Below are positions 1 to 9,105 of a DNA stretch of 64,000 bases, one piece after another (positions within the stretch are counted from its first letter, which is position 1; each line of letters starts with the position of its first letter). The position numbers were made by a program, and so were the translations under genes. Under the pieces are notes generated by a model. The model did no database searches. It was not told where the DNA came from and was given only the letters and a program-made list of their open reading frames with translations. The DNA comes from an uncultured Gammaproteobacteria bacterium. Its GTDB lineage: Bacteria > Pseudomonadota > Gammaproteobacteria > CAZDOC01. Location of the stretch: the NCBI GenBank assembly GCA_964506945.1, contig CAZDOC010000009.1, positions 3,048 to 67,047 of the forward strand, given 5' to 3'.

Positions 1-489
1 CGCCGCCTGCGCCAGGCGCGGCCGGGGATCAGCCTGTCCTCGGACTTCATCGTCGGCTTCCCCGGCGAGAGCCAGGCCGATTTCGACGCCACCATGGACC
101 TGATCGCCGAGCTGGCTTTCGACCATTCCTTCAGTTTCATCTACAGCGCCCGACCGGGGACCCCGGCCGCGAACCTGCCGGACGATCTGCCGCTGGCGGA
201 GAAGAAGCAGCGCCTGGCCATCCTGCAGGCGCGCATCAAGCAGCAGGCCGCGGCCATCAGCGAGGCCATGGTCGGGGGCGTCGAGCGGATCCTGGTGGAA
301 CGGCGCTCGCGCAAGGACCCGCGGCAGATGTCCGGACGCACCGAGAACAACCGCGTGGTGAACTTCGACGGGGACGCCGGACTCATCGGCCAGTTCGTCG
401 ATGTGCGCATCACCGAGGCGCTGCCGAATTCCCTGCGTGGCGAACTCGTCGACTGTCCCGAGATGGAATTGCTGCGCGCCAGCCGATAG
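1..489 (+). CDS. miaB: tRNA-2-methylthio-N6-dimethylallyladenosine synthase MiaB, C-terminal part (5' end lies outside the window)
   Basis: The frame is open from base 1 and translates to ...[26 protein letters not shown]...TRAM-like C-terminus. This matches the MiaB C-terminal consensus, and the conserved neighbour ybeZ/phoH follows. Confidence 0.8.
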   Translation, partial: RRLRQARPGISLSSDFIVGFPGESQADFDATMDLIAELAFDHSFSFIYSARPGTPAANLPDDLPLAEKKQRLAILQARIKQQAAAISEAMVGGVERILVERRSRKDPRQMSGRTENNRVVNFDGDAGLIGQFVDVRITEALPNSLRGELVDCPEMELLRASR

Positions 490-595
490 CGGCTATACTT
501 TGTGCTAACGACCCCAAGCCCGACAGCGATGACCGAGACATCCGTGCACAATCCCGTAGCGCCCCACGCCGAGACACAGCAGCGTCACCCCCACC

Positions 596-1603
596 TTGAA
601 TAAAAGCGCACATGCCGACCAGGCCTACGCCTGCGATCTGGTCCTGGAACCCGCCGATAACGAACGCCTTGCCAATCTCTGCGGCCAGTTCGACGAACAC
701 CTGCGCCAGCTGGAACGGCGCCTGGGGGTGGAGATCAACAATCGTGGCAACCAGTTCCGCCTGATCGGACAGGAAGCCGCGGTACTGGTCACGGAGAGGC
801 TCATCCAGCAGCTCTACGAGGCGGCCGATGCCGAAGCCCTGTCTCCCGCCCGCATACACCTGTGGTTGCAGGAGTCCGGACTGGATGCGGCCCTGGAAGA
901 CGAGCCCCAGGAAGATGTCAGCATCCATACCCGGCGCGGGATCATCCGCGGCCGGGGCGCCAATCAGCAGCGCTATCTGCATAACATCCTGACCCATGAC
1001 ATCAATTTCGGCATCGGTCCGGCCGGTACCGGCAAGACCTATCTGGCCGTGGCCTGCGCGGTCGAGGCCCTGGAGCGGGATGCGGTCCGTCGCATCTGCC
1101 TGGTACGCCCGGCGGTGGAGGCCGGCGAGCGTCTGGGTTTCCTGCCCGGTGACATGAGCCAGAAGATCGATCCCTATCTGCGGCCCCTGTACGACGCCCT
1201 CTACGAGATGCTGGGCTTCGAGAAGGTCGCCCGCCATATCGAGCGCAACGTGATCGAGGTGGCGCCGCTGGCCTTCATGCGCGGGCGCACCCTGAACGAG
1301 TCCTTCATCATCCTCGACGAGGCCCAGAACACCACTACCGAGCAGATGAAGATGTTCCTGACCCGGATCGGCTTCGGCTCCACGGCGGTGATCACCGGCG
1401 ATATCACCCAGACCGATCTGCCGCGTGACAAACGCTCCGGGCTGCGCCACGTGATCGATGTGCTGCGTGATGCCGACGGTATCAGCTTCACCTTCTTCCA
1501 GTCGCGCGACGTGGTCCGGCATCCGCTGGTGGGACGGATCCTGGATGCCTACGAACGCCACGAGCGGCTGGGATTGAGGACGCCCGGCGTCAGGCACGAA
1601 TGA
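596..1603 (+). CDS. ybeZ: PhoH-like ATPase (YbeZ)
   Basis: Walker A GPAGTGKTYLAVA and the PhoH family layout. Sits in the conserved miaB-ybeZ-ybeY-corC-lnt block. The start is uncertain (a TTG at 596, or downstream). Confidence 0.8.
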   Translation: MNKSAHADQAYACDLVLEPADNERLANLCGQFDEHLRQLERRLGVEINNRGNQFRLIGQEAAVLVTERLIQQLYEAADAEALSPARIHLWLQESGLDAALEDEPQEDVSIHTRRGIIRGRGANQQRYLHNILTHDINFGIGPAGTGKTYLAVACAVEALERDAVRRICLVRPAVEAGERLGFLPGDMSQKIDPYLRPLYDALYEMLGFEKVARHIERNVIEVAPLAFMRGRTLNESFIILDEAQNTTTEQMKMFLTRIGFGSTAVITGDITQTDLPRDKRSGLRHVIDVLRDADGISFTFFQSRDVVRHPLVGRILDAYERHERLGLRTPGVRHE

Positions 1604-2061
1604 AGCTGGATCTGGACCTGCAGGTCGCCACCGGGGACGCCGACATACCCGGGCCGGGCCTGATGCGGGACTGGCTGCGGGCGGCCCTGGCGGGGGAACG
1701 CGAACAGGCCGGGATCAGCGTGCGCGTGGTGGACCTGGCGGAGGGCACGGCCCTGAACGAGCGCTGGCGTGAGCGGCGGGGTCCGACCAACGTCCTGTCC
1801 TTCACGGCCGAGGGCCTGGAGCAGCAACTGCCGGGATTTCTGGGTGATATCGTCATCTGTGCCCCGGTAGTGCGCCGGGAGGCGGCCGAGCAGCGCAAGC
1901 CCCTGCTGGCGCACTGGGCCCACCTGATCGTGCATGGCGGCCTGCACCTGCTCGGATATGACCATGTCGAGCCACGACAGGCGCAAATCATGGAAAGCAA
2001 GGAGATCCGGATCCTCGCCGGGCTGGGTTTTCCCGATCCCTATGGGGACACACTCCCATGA
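1600..2061 (+). CDS. ybeY: rRNA maturation endoribonuclease YbeY
   Basis: HxxxHxxxxxH metal motif (HLIVHGGLHLLGYDH), about 150 aa. ATGA overlap with ybeZ. Confidence 0.85.
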   Translation: MKLDLDLQVATGDADIPGPGLMRDWLRAALAGEREQAGISVRVVDLAEGTALNERWRERRGPTNVLSFTAEGLEQQLPGFLGDIVICAPVVRREAAEQRKPLLAHWAHLIVHGGLHLLGYDHVEPRQAQIMESKEIRILAGLGFPDPYGDTLP

Positions 2062-2909
2062 CGGCGCGTTGGTGCGGCGGTTTCGGTAACTGGCTGACCT
2101 GCCTGCGCAAGGGCATCGCCGGTCGCCTGCGGGATCGCCAGCAACTGACCCAGATCCTGCGCCAGGCGGAGCAGGACAACATCATCGATCCCGATACCCT
2201 GGGCATGATCGAGGGGGCCATGCAGATGTCGGAGATGCGCGTGCGCGACATCATGTTCCCGGCCGCCGAGATGGTCGCGGTCGGGGAGGACCAGAGGCCG
2301 GAGGAATTCCTGCCCATCGTGATCGAGTCCGGTCACTCACGCTTTCCGGTGGTGGACGAGGACCGGCGCGTGCAGGGCGTGCTGCTGGCCAAGGACCTGC
2401 TGGAATACCTCAGTCCCGCCAGCGGCGGCAAACAGGGGATCCGCCTGCGCGAGATCATGCGCAGGCCCTATTACGTACCCGAGAGCAAGCGCCTGACCGC
2501 CCTGCTGAGGGAACTGCGCGCCAGCCGCAACCACCTGGCCATCGTCGTCGATGAATACGGCGGCACCGCCGGGATCGTGACCATAGAGGATGTTATCGAG
2601 CAGATCGTCGGCGAGATCGACGATGAGCACGATATCGACGAGGAGGGTTTCATCCGCGAGCACCGCGGACGGCGATACATCGTCAAGGCGCGCACGCCGA
2701 TCGAGGACTTCAACGAATACTTCGGCACTACCCTGGAGGATGATGAATGCGATACCTTCGGCGGCCTGGTGCTGAAGGCCTTCGGGCACCTGCCGCGGCG
2801 GGGCGAGGCGGTGGACTTCGCCGGTTTCAATATCAAGGTGCTGCGCGCCGACAAGCGCCGCATCCACCTGTTGCGGCTGACGCCGCTGGCCGCGCCCCCC
2901 CGCGACTGA
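2058..2909 (+). CDS. corC: Mg2+/Co2+ efflux-associated protein CorC (CBS pair + CorC_HlyC domain)
   Basis: CBS-domain region followed by a transporter-associated C-terminal domain. Conserved position after ybeY. ATGA overlap. Confidence 0.8.
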   Translation: MTARWCGGFGNWLTCLRKGIAGRLRDRQQLTQILRQAEQDNIIDPDTLGMIEGAMQMSEMRVRDIMFPAAEMVAVGEDQRPEEFLPIVIESGHSRFPVVDEDRRVQGVLLAKDLLEYLSPASGGKQGIRLREIMRRPYYVPESKRLTALLRELRASRNHLAIVVDEYGGTAGIVTIEDVIEQIVGEIDDEHDIDEEGFIREHRGRRYIVKARTPIEDFNEYFGTTLEDDECDTFGGLVLKAFGHLPRRGEAVDFAGFNIKVLRADKRRIHLLRLTPLAAPPRD

Positions 2910-2923
2910 GCCAGGCCGCGCCG

Positions 2924-4483
2924 GTGAGGGACAGGACAAGCCTGCAAGGCAAACCGGGGGATCTGCTGGCGCTGGTGGCGGGGGCCTCGCTGCCCCTGGC
3001 CTTCGCCCCCTTTGGCTGGTATCCGCTGGCCCTGGTCTCGCCCCTGATCCTGTTTCTGTGCTGGCACGACGCCGGTCCCGGCCGGGCCGCCTGGCGCGGC
3101 TGGTTGTTCGGTCTTGGCCTGTTCGGCCTGGGGGTCTCCTGGATCGAGATCAGCGTGCATCAGTTCGGGATCCCGGTACGCATCTTCTCGGTCGGCGTGA
3201 CCCTGGCGCTGGTGATGTTCCTGGCCTTGTATCCCTCCCTGGCCGGCTGGCTGGCGGCGCGCCTGCGCCCGGCCGGCGGCGGGGCTGGTGCCACACATGC
3301 GCTGCTGTTGCTGCCGGCGCTGTGGGTATTGCAGGAGTGGCTGCGGGGCTGGTTGCTGACCGGTTTCCCCTGGCTGGACCTGGGATACAGCCAGATCGAC
3401 AGTCCCCTGGGGGGCTACGCCCCGCTGCTCGGGGTCTACGGGGTGAGCTGGTTGACGGTACTGGGCGCCGCGCTGCTGTATCACCTGCTGGTGGGCGGAC
3501 AGCGGCGCCTTGGCGTCATCCTGCTGCTGTTGTCGCTATGGCTGGGCGGGTGGGCCCTGGGCCAGCGGCAGTGGAGCCGGATCGATGACAAGGACCTGCA
3601 CGTGGCCCTGATCCAGGGCGCGGTGCCGCAGGCGCGGAAGTGGCTGCCCAGCGAATTGCGGCCGACCCAGGCGCTCTACTGGCGGCTGACCCGGGAGCAC
3701 CCCGAGGCGGAGTTGATCCTGTGGCCGGAGACCGCGATCCCGGCCTTCATGGATCGGCTCGGGGATTATCTGACCGGCATCCGCGAGATCCTCGGACGGC
3801 AAGGCGGCACCCTGGTGCTCGGTCTGCCGGTGCGCACGGACCGCGGCCATTATTACAATGCCATCGTCGCCCTGGATGACCCGGCCCAGGTTTACTACAA
3901 GCGCCACCTGGTGCCCTTTGGCGAGTACCTGCCGCTGCCCGGGCTGTTACGCGGACCCCTGGAGGCGCTGGATATCCCCATGTCCGATTTCTCCGCCGGC
4001 AGCGCCCGGCAACCCCTGTTGCATGCCGACGGCGTGACCCTGGGGGTCTCCATCTGCTACGAGGATGCCTTTGGCGGCGAGGTGAGCCAGGCCCTGCCGG
4101 AGGCGGAGCTGCTGCTCAATATCAGCAACGACGCCTGGTTCGGGGATTCCCTGGCGCCGCACCAGCACCTGCAGATCGCCCGCATGCGGGCGCTGGAGAA
4201 CGGCCGTTATCTGCTGCGCTCGACCAACACCGGGATCTCGGCGGTGATCGATCCGCGCGGCCGCGTCACCGCCCGCGCGCCCCAGTTCCAGCCGGTCGCG
4301 CTGGCCGCGGTGGTACACCGGGCCAGCGGGGTCACGCCCTACGCCCGTTACCGCAATGTACCGGTGATCACCCTGATGTTCGTGCTGCTCGGGCTGGGGA
4401 TCCTGGGCGGCCGTGGCGGTCGCGCGCGGGGACGCCCGGCCCCGGGGATGAGGGGTGCACCGGCTACTCGCGGACGCGTCTGA
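2924..4483 (+). CDS. lnt: apolipoprotein N-acyltransferase Lnt
   Basis: Multi-TM N-terminus plus a C-N hydrolase domain (LILWPETAIP...). In-frame GTG at 2924 lies just after the corC stop. The long ORF from 2747 would overlap corC, so I trimmed it. Confidence 0.8.
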   Translation: MRDRTSLQGKPGDLLALVAGASLPLAFAPFGWYPLALVSPLILFLCWHDAGPGRAAWRGWLFGLGLFGLGVSWIEISVHQFGIPVRIFSVGVTLALVMFLALYPSLAGWLAARLRPAGGGAGATHALLLLPALWVLQEWLRGWLLTGFPWLDLGYSQIDSPLGGYAPLLGVYGVSWLTVLGAALLYHLLVGGQRRLGVILLLLSLWLGGWALGQRQWSRIDDKDLHVALIQGAVPQARKWLPSELRPTQALYWRLTREHPEAELILWPETAIPAFMDRLGDYLTGIREILGRQGGTLVLGLPVRTDRGHYYNAIVALDDPAQVYYKRHLVPFGEYLPLPGLLRGPLEALDIPMSDFSAGSARQPLLHADGVTLGVSICYEDAFGGEVSQALPEAELLLNISNDAWFGDSLAPHQHLQIARMRALENGRYLLRSTNTGISAVIDPRGRVTARAPQFQPVALAAVVHRASGVTPYARYRNVPVITLMFVLLGLGILGGRGGRARGRPAPGMRGAPATRGRV

Positions 4484-4985
4484 ACACGGTCTGGTGGCAT
4501 TTCGGGCAGGGCGGGATATGCCCGGTCTTGTGAAAGTGCAGTTCCTCGCCGCAGTGCTCGCAGATCAGCGTGCCGGGGCCGACGATCTCGCCGGTGTGCC
4601 AGCCCACGGCATTGGCCTGTTCGGCGAATTGTTCCAGGGTCTGCTGGGTGTGATCGACCATCATCGCGAACATGTCGCGCAGGCGGTCCTCGACCAGTTC
4701 CATGTCGAAGCGCAGCCATTCGGACAACTGTTGCTGGTTCTCCTGCCAGTTCTTGGCGGCATCCTCCAGATCGCGCTTGAGGTAGTCGCTGACCTTTTGC
4801 GCCTCCTCCATGGTCAGTTCACCGAGTTCCACGGTCTTGTCGCGGGCAGCGTCCAGCAGTTCCTGAAGTGACGGGATGTGGCCCTCGCGGGCGTGCTCCA
4901 GCGCCTTCTTGGCCTGTTCCATCATCTGGTCGTAGGCCCGGGCCATGCGTTCCTGCAGGTCCGGTTCGGTTTTCTTCTCGTTCAT
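4464..4985 (-). CDS. hypothetical coiled-coil protein with C-terminal zinc ribbon (CEHCGEE...CPKCHQ)
   Basis: Intact 173-aa ORF. Acidic helical N-terminus and a CxxC-x17-CxxC ribbon. The family is not recognised. Confidence 0.5.
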   Translation of the reverse strand: MNEKKTEPDLQERMARAYDQMMEQAKKALEHAREGHIPSLQELLDAARDKTVELGELTMEEAQKVSDYLKRDLEDAAKNWQENQQQLSEWLRFDMELVEDRLRDMFAMMVDHTQQTLEQFAEQANAVGWHTGEIVGPGTLICEHCGEELHFHKTGHIPPCPKCHQTVFRRVRE

Positions 4986-5052
4986 ATCGGCCTCCCGTGG
5001 GTGTCAGGGACATCATTGTAAACACAGTGTCACGTGCATGGCATGATCCAGA

Positions 5053-7518
5053 TCAGGTTTTGTGCCCGTCCGCGCCGGGCTGCGCGTGGCGCATCCGCCG
5101 GGCTACCCGCAGATGCCGGTGCAGTTCCGCATCCGCGACGGCCAGTTTCAGGACCTGGCGGCGACTCAGGCGCAGCAAGGTGGTGGACATGGCGGCCGTG
5201 ACCGTGGCCGTGCGTACCGCGTCACCCAGCAGGGCGGTCTCGCCGAAGAAATCGCCCTGACCGAGTTCCGCCAGCGCCTGGCCGTGGCCGGCGCGCTCCC
5301 GGCTGACCCGGACCGTGCCGCGGATGATGATATAGAGGGCGTCTCCCCGCTCCCCTTCACCGATGATGATGTCGCCCTCGAGAAAGGTGACCTGGGTGCT
5401 CAAGCGGGCCAGTTTTTCCAGGGCCGCCGGTGGCAGTCCGGCAAACAGCGGCACGGTGCGCAACAGCTGCCGCGCGGTCAGGCGGTCCAGTTCTCCGGCC
5501 GCATCGCGTCCCGGGGTCAGGGCCTGTCGCAGATCCGCGCGCAGCCGGTTGCAGGCCTTGGCGCCGATCTCGCCATGATGCAGCAGGCGCTGGATGGACT
5601 GGTCCGCGCAGCGCAGGGCCACTTGCTGGAACAGTTCGTGTTCAAAGCGGGCGTAGAATCCCGGGAATTCCTCGCGCAGTTCGCGCAGACGGCGCTGGCG
5701 GTGCCGGCGGCGCTGGTCATATTCGCGGATGACGGTATCGTGGTCCGCGGGGTTCTGCTGTCGTTGCCGTTCGAGCTGCCGGATCACGGTCTGGCTCATC
5801 AGGACGCTGGCAAGATCATGCTGCAGGCGGTTGCCCAGCCGCCGGCGCTGGTATCCGGCCAGCAGCCCCGCGGCCCAGTCCAGCTCACGCAGGCGTTTCA
5901 GCAGCAGCTTTTCGAGGCGATGAAAGGGGTTCGGGCCGGCCCGGGGTCCAGCCTGCGCCGGGTCGCCGCCGGCGCTGCTCCAGCGGTCCCGATCGCGTTT
6001 CAGGGTATTGCGCAGGTCGAGATAGGCATAGCTATGCAGCAGACCGATCTCGTGCAGTTCATCGAGACTGGCGGATTCGATACGCAGGGCCTGCAGATAG
6101 ACCTGGCGCAGGGTCTCAGGACGGTCCTCGACATCCTTGCACCCGGCCAGGTGTTGTTCCAGGTCCCGACCGATGCGGGTGCGTGTGTCGTCCGACAGGA
6201 GTCCGCTGTCGGCGAAGCGTGCGAGGACCTCGCGGCTCCGCTCGCGCATGTGTTCCAGGCCCTGGTGATACTCGTGGCGCTCGTCATCGCTGAGACGGTC
6301 TATTCCCAGCCAGTGGATCAGCGGGCGGATGGTGGGGGCGTTGATCAGCAGGCTCAGCATCACCACGCCCAGGGTCAGGTTGATCAGGAACTGGCGTCCT
6401 TCCAGCTCCTGGGGGATGGACAGCACGATGGCGATGGCCAGACCGCCCTTGAGCCCGCCCCACCACATGATGTGTTGCTCCCCGCCGCTGACCCGGGGCA
6501 GACGGAACAGGCGCGTGGTCATCGGCACCAGGGTATAGACCGCGGCCGCCCGCGCGCCGATCACCAGAACGGCGGCCAGCAGGATCACATCGGCATGGTC
6601 CAGCAGCGCGCCGGTATCCACCGACAGACCTACCAGCAGGAACAGCAGGGAGTTGCACGCCAGGGCGATGAAATCCCAGGTCTCGTGGATCACCTGGGTG
6701 GCGATCTGGGGAATGCGGGCGGAGCCGTACCCCCCCAGGCAGATCCCCGCGGCCACCACCGCCATGACCCCCGAGACGTGCAGCAGGTGTTCGGCGATGA
6801 TGAAGCTGGCATAGGCGTTCACCAGGGACAGCACGATCAGGGCGCTGTTGCCCGTGCCCCGCAGGCGGGACATCAGCTCGGTGATCAGCAGGCCGATGAA
6901 CACCCCGACCAGGCTGCCGCCGATGAACACGCGCAGGAATTCCAGCGTCGCCAGACCGGCATCCGACCAGGCCGCGCCACCGGCCAGGGCCAGGCCCAGG
7001 AGGATATTGAACAGCACGATGGCGGTGGCGTCGTTGAACAGGGATTCTCCCTCGACCAGCACCGTCAGGCGCAGGGGCGCGCCCAGTTCCTTGAACAGGG
7101 CCACCACCGCGACCGGGTCGGTGGCCGAGATCAGGGCCCCGAACAGCAGCGCCGTCAGCGGTTCGATCCCCAGCAGCGACCACAGCCCCAGCCCGACCAG
7201 CAGGGCGGACACCAGCATCGCCGGCACCGCCAGGGTCAGCACCGGGATCAGGTCCTTCATCAACTGCCGGGCGTCGAGGTTGAGCGCCGATTCGAACACC
7301 AGCGCCGGCAGGAACAGGAACAGCACCAGCTCCGGGGTCAGGCGGAAGTGGCGCAGGGCCTGGAGGGCCTCGATGCTGCCGGACAGCGCCGACAGGGCCA
7401 TGCCCAGGAGCACCAGGACCACGGTAAAGGGCAGCGGCAGGTTGCGGCAGGCCCCGGCCGCGAGCATGGCCACGCCCAGCAGGCCCATGGTGATCAGGAT
7501 GATTTCAGCTAAAGGCAT
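5053..7518 (-). CDS. CPA1/NhaP-type Na+(K+)/H+ antiporter fused to a C-terminal cyclic-nucleotide-binding domain
   Basis: The N-terminal 400 aa are a multi-TM domain with the NhaP ATDPVAV motif. A long helical R/E-rich linker follows. The C-terminus carries a CNBD with FGETALL and an RTATVTA phosphate-binding cassette. Confidence 0.75.
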   Translation of the reverse strand: MPLAEIILITMGLLGVAMLAAGACRNLPLPFTVVLVLLGMALSALSGSIEALQALRHFRLTPELVLFLFLPALVFESALNLDARQLMKDLIPVLTLAVPAMLVSALLVGLGLWSLLGIEPLTALLFGALISATDPVAVVALFKELGAPLRLTVLVEGESLFNDATAIVLFNILLGLALAGGAAWSDAGLATLEFLRVFIGGSLVGVFIGLLITELMSRLRGTGNSALIVLSLVNAYASFIIAEHLLHVSGVMAVVAAGICLGGYGSARIPQIATQVIHETWDFIALACNSLLFLLVGLSVDTGALLDHADVILLAAVLVIGARAAAVYTLVPMTTRLFRLPRVSGGEQHIMWWGGLKGGLAIAIVLSIPQELEGRQFLINLTLGVVMLSLLINAPTIRPLIHWLGIDRLSDDERHEYHQGLEHMRERSREVLARFADSGLLSDDTRTRIGRDLEQHLAGCKDVEDRPETLRQVYLQALRIESASLDELHEIGLLHSYAYLDLRNTLKRDRDRWSSAGGDPAQAGPRAGPNPFHRLEKLLLKRLRELDWAAGLLAGYQRRRLGNRLQHDLASVLMSQTVIRQLERQRQQNPADHDTVIREYDQRRRHRQRRLRELREEFPGFYARFEHELFQQVALRCADQSIQRLLHHGEIGAKACNRLRADLRQALTPGRDAAGELDRLTARQLLRTVPLFAGLPPAALEKLARLSTQVTFLEGDIIIGEGERGDALYIIIRGTVRVSRERAGHGQALAELGQGDFFGETALLGDAVRTATVTAAMSTTLLRLSRRQVLKLAVADAELHRHLRVARRMRHAQPGADGHKT

Positions 7519-7558
7519 GGTTTCCCGCGGGAGCGCATGCCCGTTTCGGCGGGCCCCC

Positions 7559-7589
7559 CCTATGCTTGTGGTTTTACCCTAAGCATAGG
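7559..7589. promoter_or_regulatory. perfect 9-bp inverted repeat CCTATGCTT-N13-AAGCATAGG between the SDR operon end and the NhaP-CNBD gene start
   Basis: Seen directly in sequence. No U-tract follows on either strand. Confidence 0.4.
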
Positions 7590-7627
7590 TCAAACCCGCC
7601 CCGATGGCAGTCTGCCGGTATTCGTAC

Positions 7628-8425
7628 TCAGCCCTTTTCGTTGGCGAATCCCCGCATCTGTCTGCCCTGGGCGGCGAGTCCGCGATCGATCATCCTGGGG
7701 AGGATGCCGTTGAGGCGCGCGAACAGCCTTTCCGGGAAACCGAGATGACGTTCCGCCCGGTTGTGGCGGATGGTGGTGAGGATCTGCTCCGCCACCCAGG
7801 CGGGTTCATCCACCTTCATGCCGGTGGCCGCGGCCATGCGTTGCACATTACCGTTGTTGAGTGGCGTCCTGACGCTGCGTGGACCGATGTAATTGACCTG
7901 CAACCCGGTACCGCCAAGTTCGCGGCGCAGGGCCTCGGCGAAGCCGCGGATGGCGAACTTGCTGGATGAATAGGCGCTGAAGTAGGGCATGCCCAGGGCG
8001 CCGAGTATGGAGCCGGTGAAGACGATGGCGCCATGATCGCGGGCGAGCATGTCCGGCAGGAACATCCGGGTCAGCAGCATCGGCGCCTCGACATTGATGC
8101 GGATGGTGCGCTGGATGGCCTCGGGACGCATGCTCTCGAAGGTGGTGAAATCCATGACCCCGGCATTGTTGATCAGGATATCCACGTGGCCGCGCCAGTG
8201 CTGGTTGAGGGTGGTCTCCAGCTGGGCGCGACCGGGCGCGGTGGTGATATCCCCGGGGACGATGACATGCCCGCCTCCCAGACTTTCGTCCAGACGCCTC
8301 AAGGGCGCCTCATGCAGGTCCAGCAGGGCCAGGCGGGCGCCATGCGCGGCCAGCCGGGTGGCCAGTTCACGGCCGATGCCGCCGGCGGCGCCGGTCAGCA
8401 GAACGCGGGTATGGTTCAGTTCCAC
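7628..8425 (-). CDS. short-chain dehydrogenase/reductase (SDR), last gene of the sigma-54 operon
   Basis: TGAAGGIGRE Rossmann motif with a YxxxK catalytic region. 10-bp overlap with the upstream TPR gene. Confidence 0.8.
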   Translation of the reverse strand: MELNHTRVLLTGAAGGIGRELATRLAAHGARLALLDLHEAPLRRLDESLGGGHVIVPGDITTAPGRAQLETTLNQHWRGHVDILINNAGVMDFTTFESMRPEAIQRTIRINVEAPMLLTRMFLPDMLARDHGAIVFTGSILGALGMPYFSAYSSSKFAIRGFAEALRRELGGTGLQVNYIGPRSVRTPLNNGNVQRMAAATGMKVDEPAWVAEQILTTIRHNRAERHLGFPERLFARLNGILPRMIDRGLAAQGRQMRGFANEKG

Positions 8426-9105
8426 AGGCCACCCCCGTGTGCAGGTGCGCCGGTGCTGGCCAGTTTGTCCTGCAGCCGGGTGAGCAGGGCCTGGATGTCC
8501 TGGCGCCGGCCCCGATCGGCCAGGGGCCGGTGCTTGCGCGGGGCCGCCCTGCGCGCGCGTTCGGCATATTTCTTCGCCTGGATGTAATCCCCCTGTTCAT
8601 ACAGATAGTCGGCATAGAAGTAGTTCGGGTCGATGCCATCCGGATTGATGCTCAGGGCCTTCTTCAGGTATGCGCCGGCCTTGTCGTCGTCGCCAAAGCC
8701 GATGGGCCAGCCCGGGACCTTGTAATACAGGCTGCCGAGTGAGGTGTAGATGGAGCCCTTGAGCGCCCGGGGATCGATGCCCTCGGCCCGTTGCAGCAGT
8801 TTGCGCGCGGCCTTGGCCTTGCCGAGGGCGCCCAGGCCGCCGACCACACCGGCCTCGGTGCTGAGGATGATGGCCTTCCAGACCAGGGGCTCGGCGCGTT
8901 GCGGATAGTCGCCGGCGAGCCTGTCGGCCTGTTTGACCAGCTTGTCGAAGGCCTGCTCCTGTGACGCCTCCGGGGTCGCGTAGTTGGCTCGCGCCCAGCC
9001 CTGTTGCAGTTGCAGCAGGGCCTCCGGCAGGGGCGTGGCGGCGCTGGCCAGCGCGGGCACGATATTCAGCAGAAAACAGGACAGGCTTACGGTCAGGGTC
9101 TTCAT
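8416..9105 (-). CDS. secreted TPR-repeat protein
   Basis: Signal peptide (cleavage ...ALASA|ATP) followed by TPR-like helical repeats. 4-bp overlap with the upstream gene. Confidence 0.6.
   Translation of the reverse strand: MKTLTVSLSCFLLNIVPALASAATPLPEALLQLQQGWARANYATPEASQEQAFDKLVKQADRLAGDYPQRAEPLVWKAIILSTEAGVVGGLGALGKAKAARKLLQRAEGIDPRALKGSIYTSLGSLYYKVPGWPIGFGDDDKAGAYLKKALSINPDGIDPNYFYADYLYEQGDYIQAKKYAERARRAAPRKHRPLADRGRRQDIQALLTRLQDKLASTGAPAHGGGLWN

Noticed and set aside
410-1597. 395-aa - strand ORF
   Set aside because: Antisense to ybeZ/phoH. Shadow ORF.
2747-2923. 5' extension of lnt overlapping corC by about 160 bp
   Set aside because: The Lnt homology and hydrophobic N-terminus begin at in-frame GTG 2924, just after the corC stop. 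The extension is an Arg/Ala/Gly-rich read-through.
5062-7512. 816-aa + strand ORF
   Set aside because: It is exactly antisense to the NhaP-CNBD gene. Its translation is low-complexity and R/G/A/Q-rich, as expected for an off-strand frame in 65%-GC DNA. No domain is recognisable.
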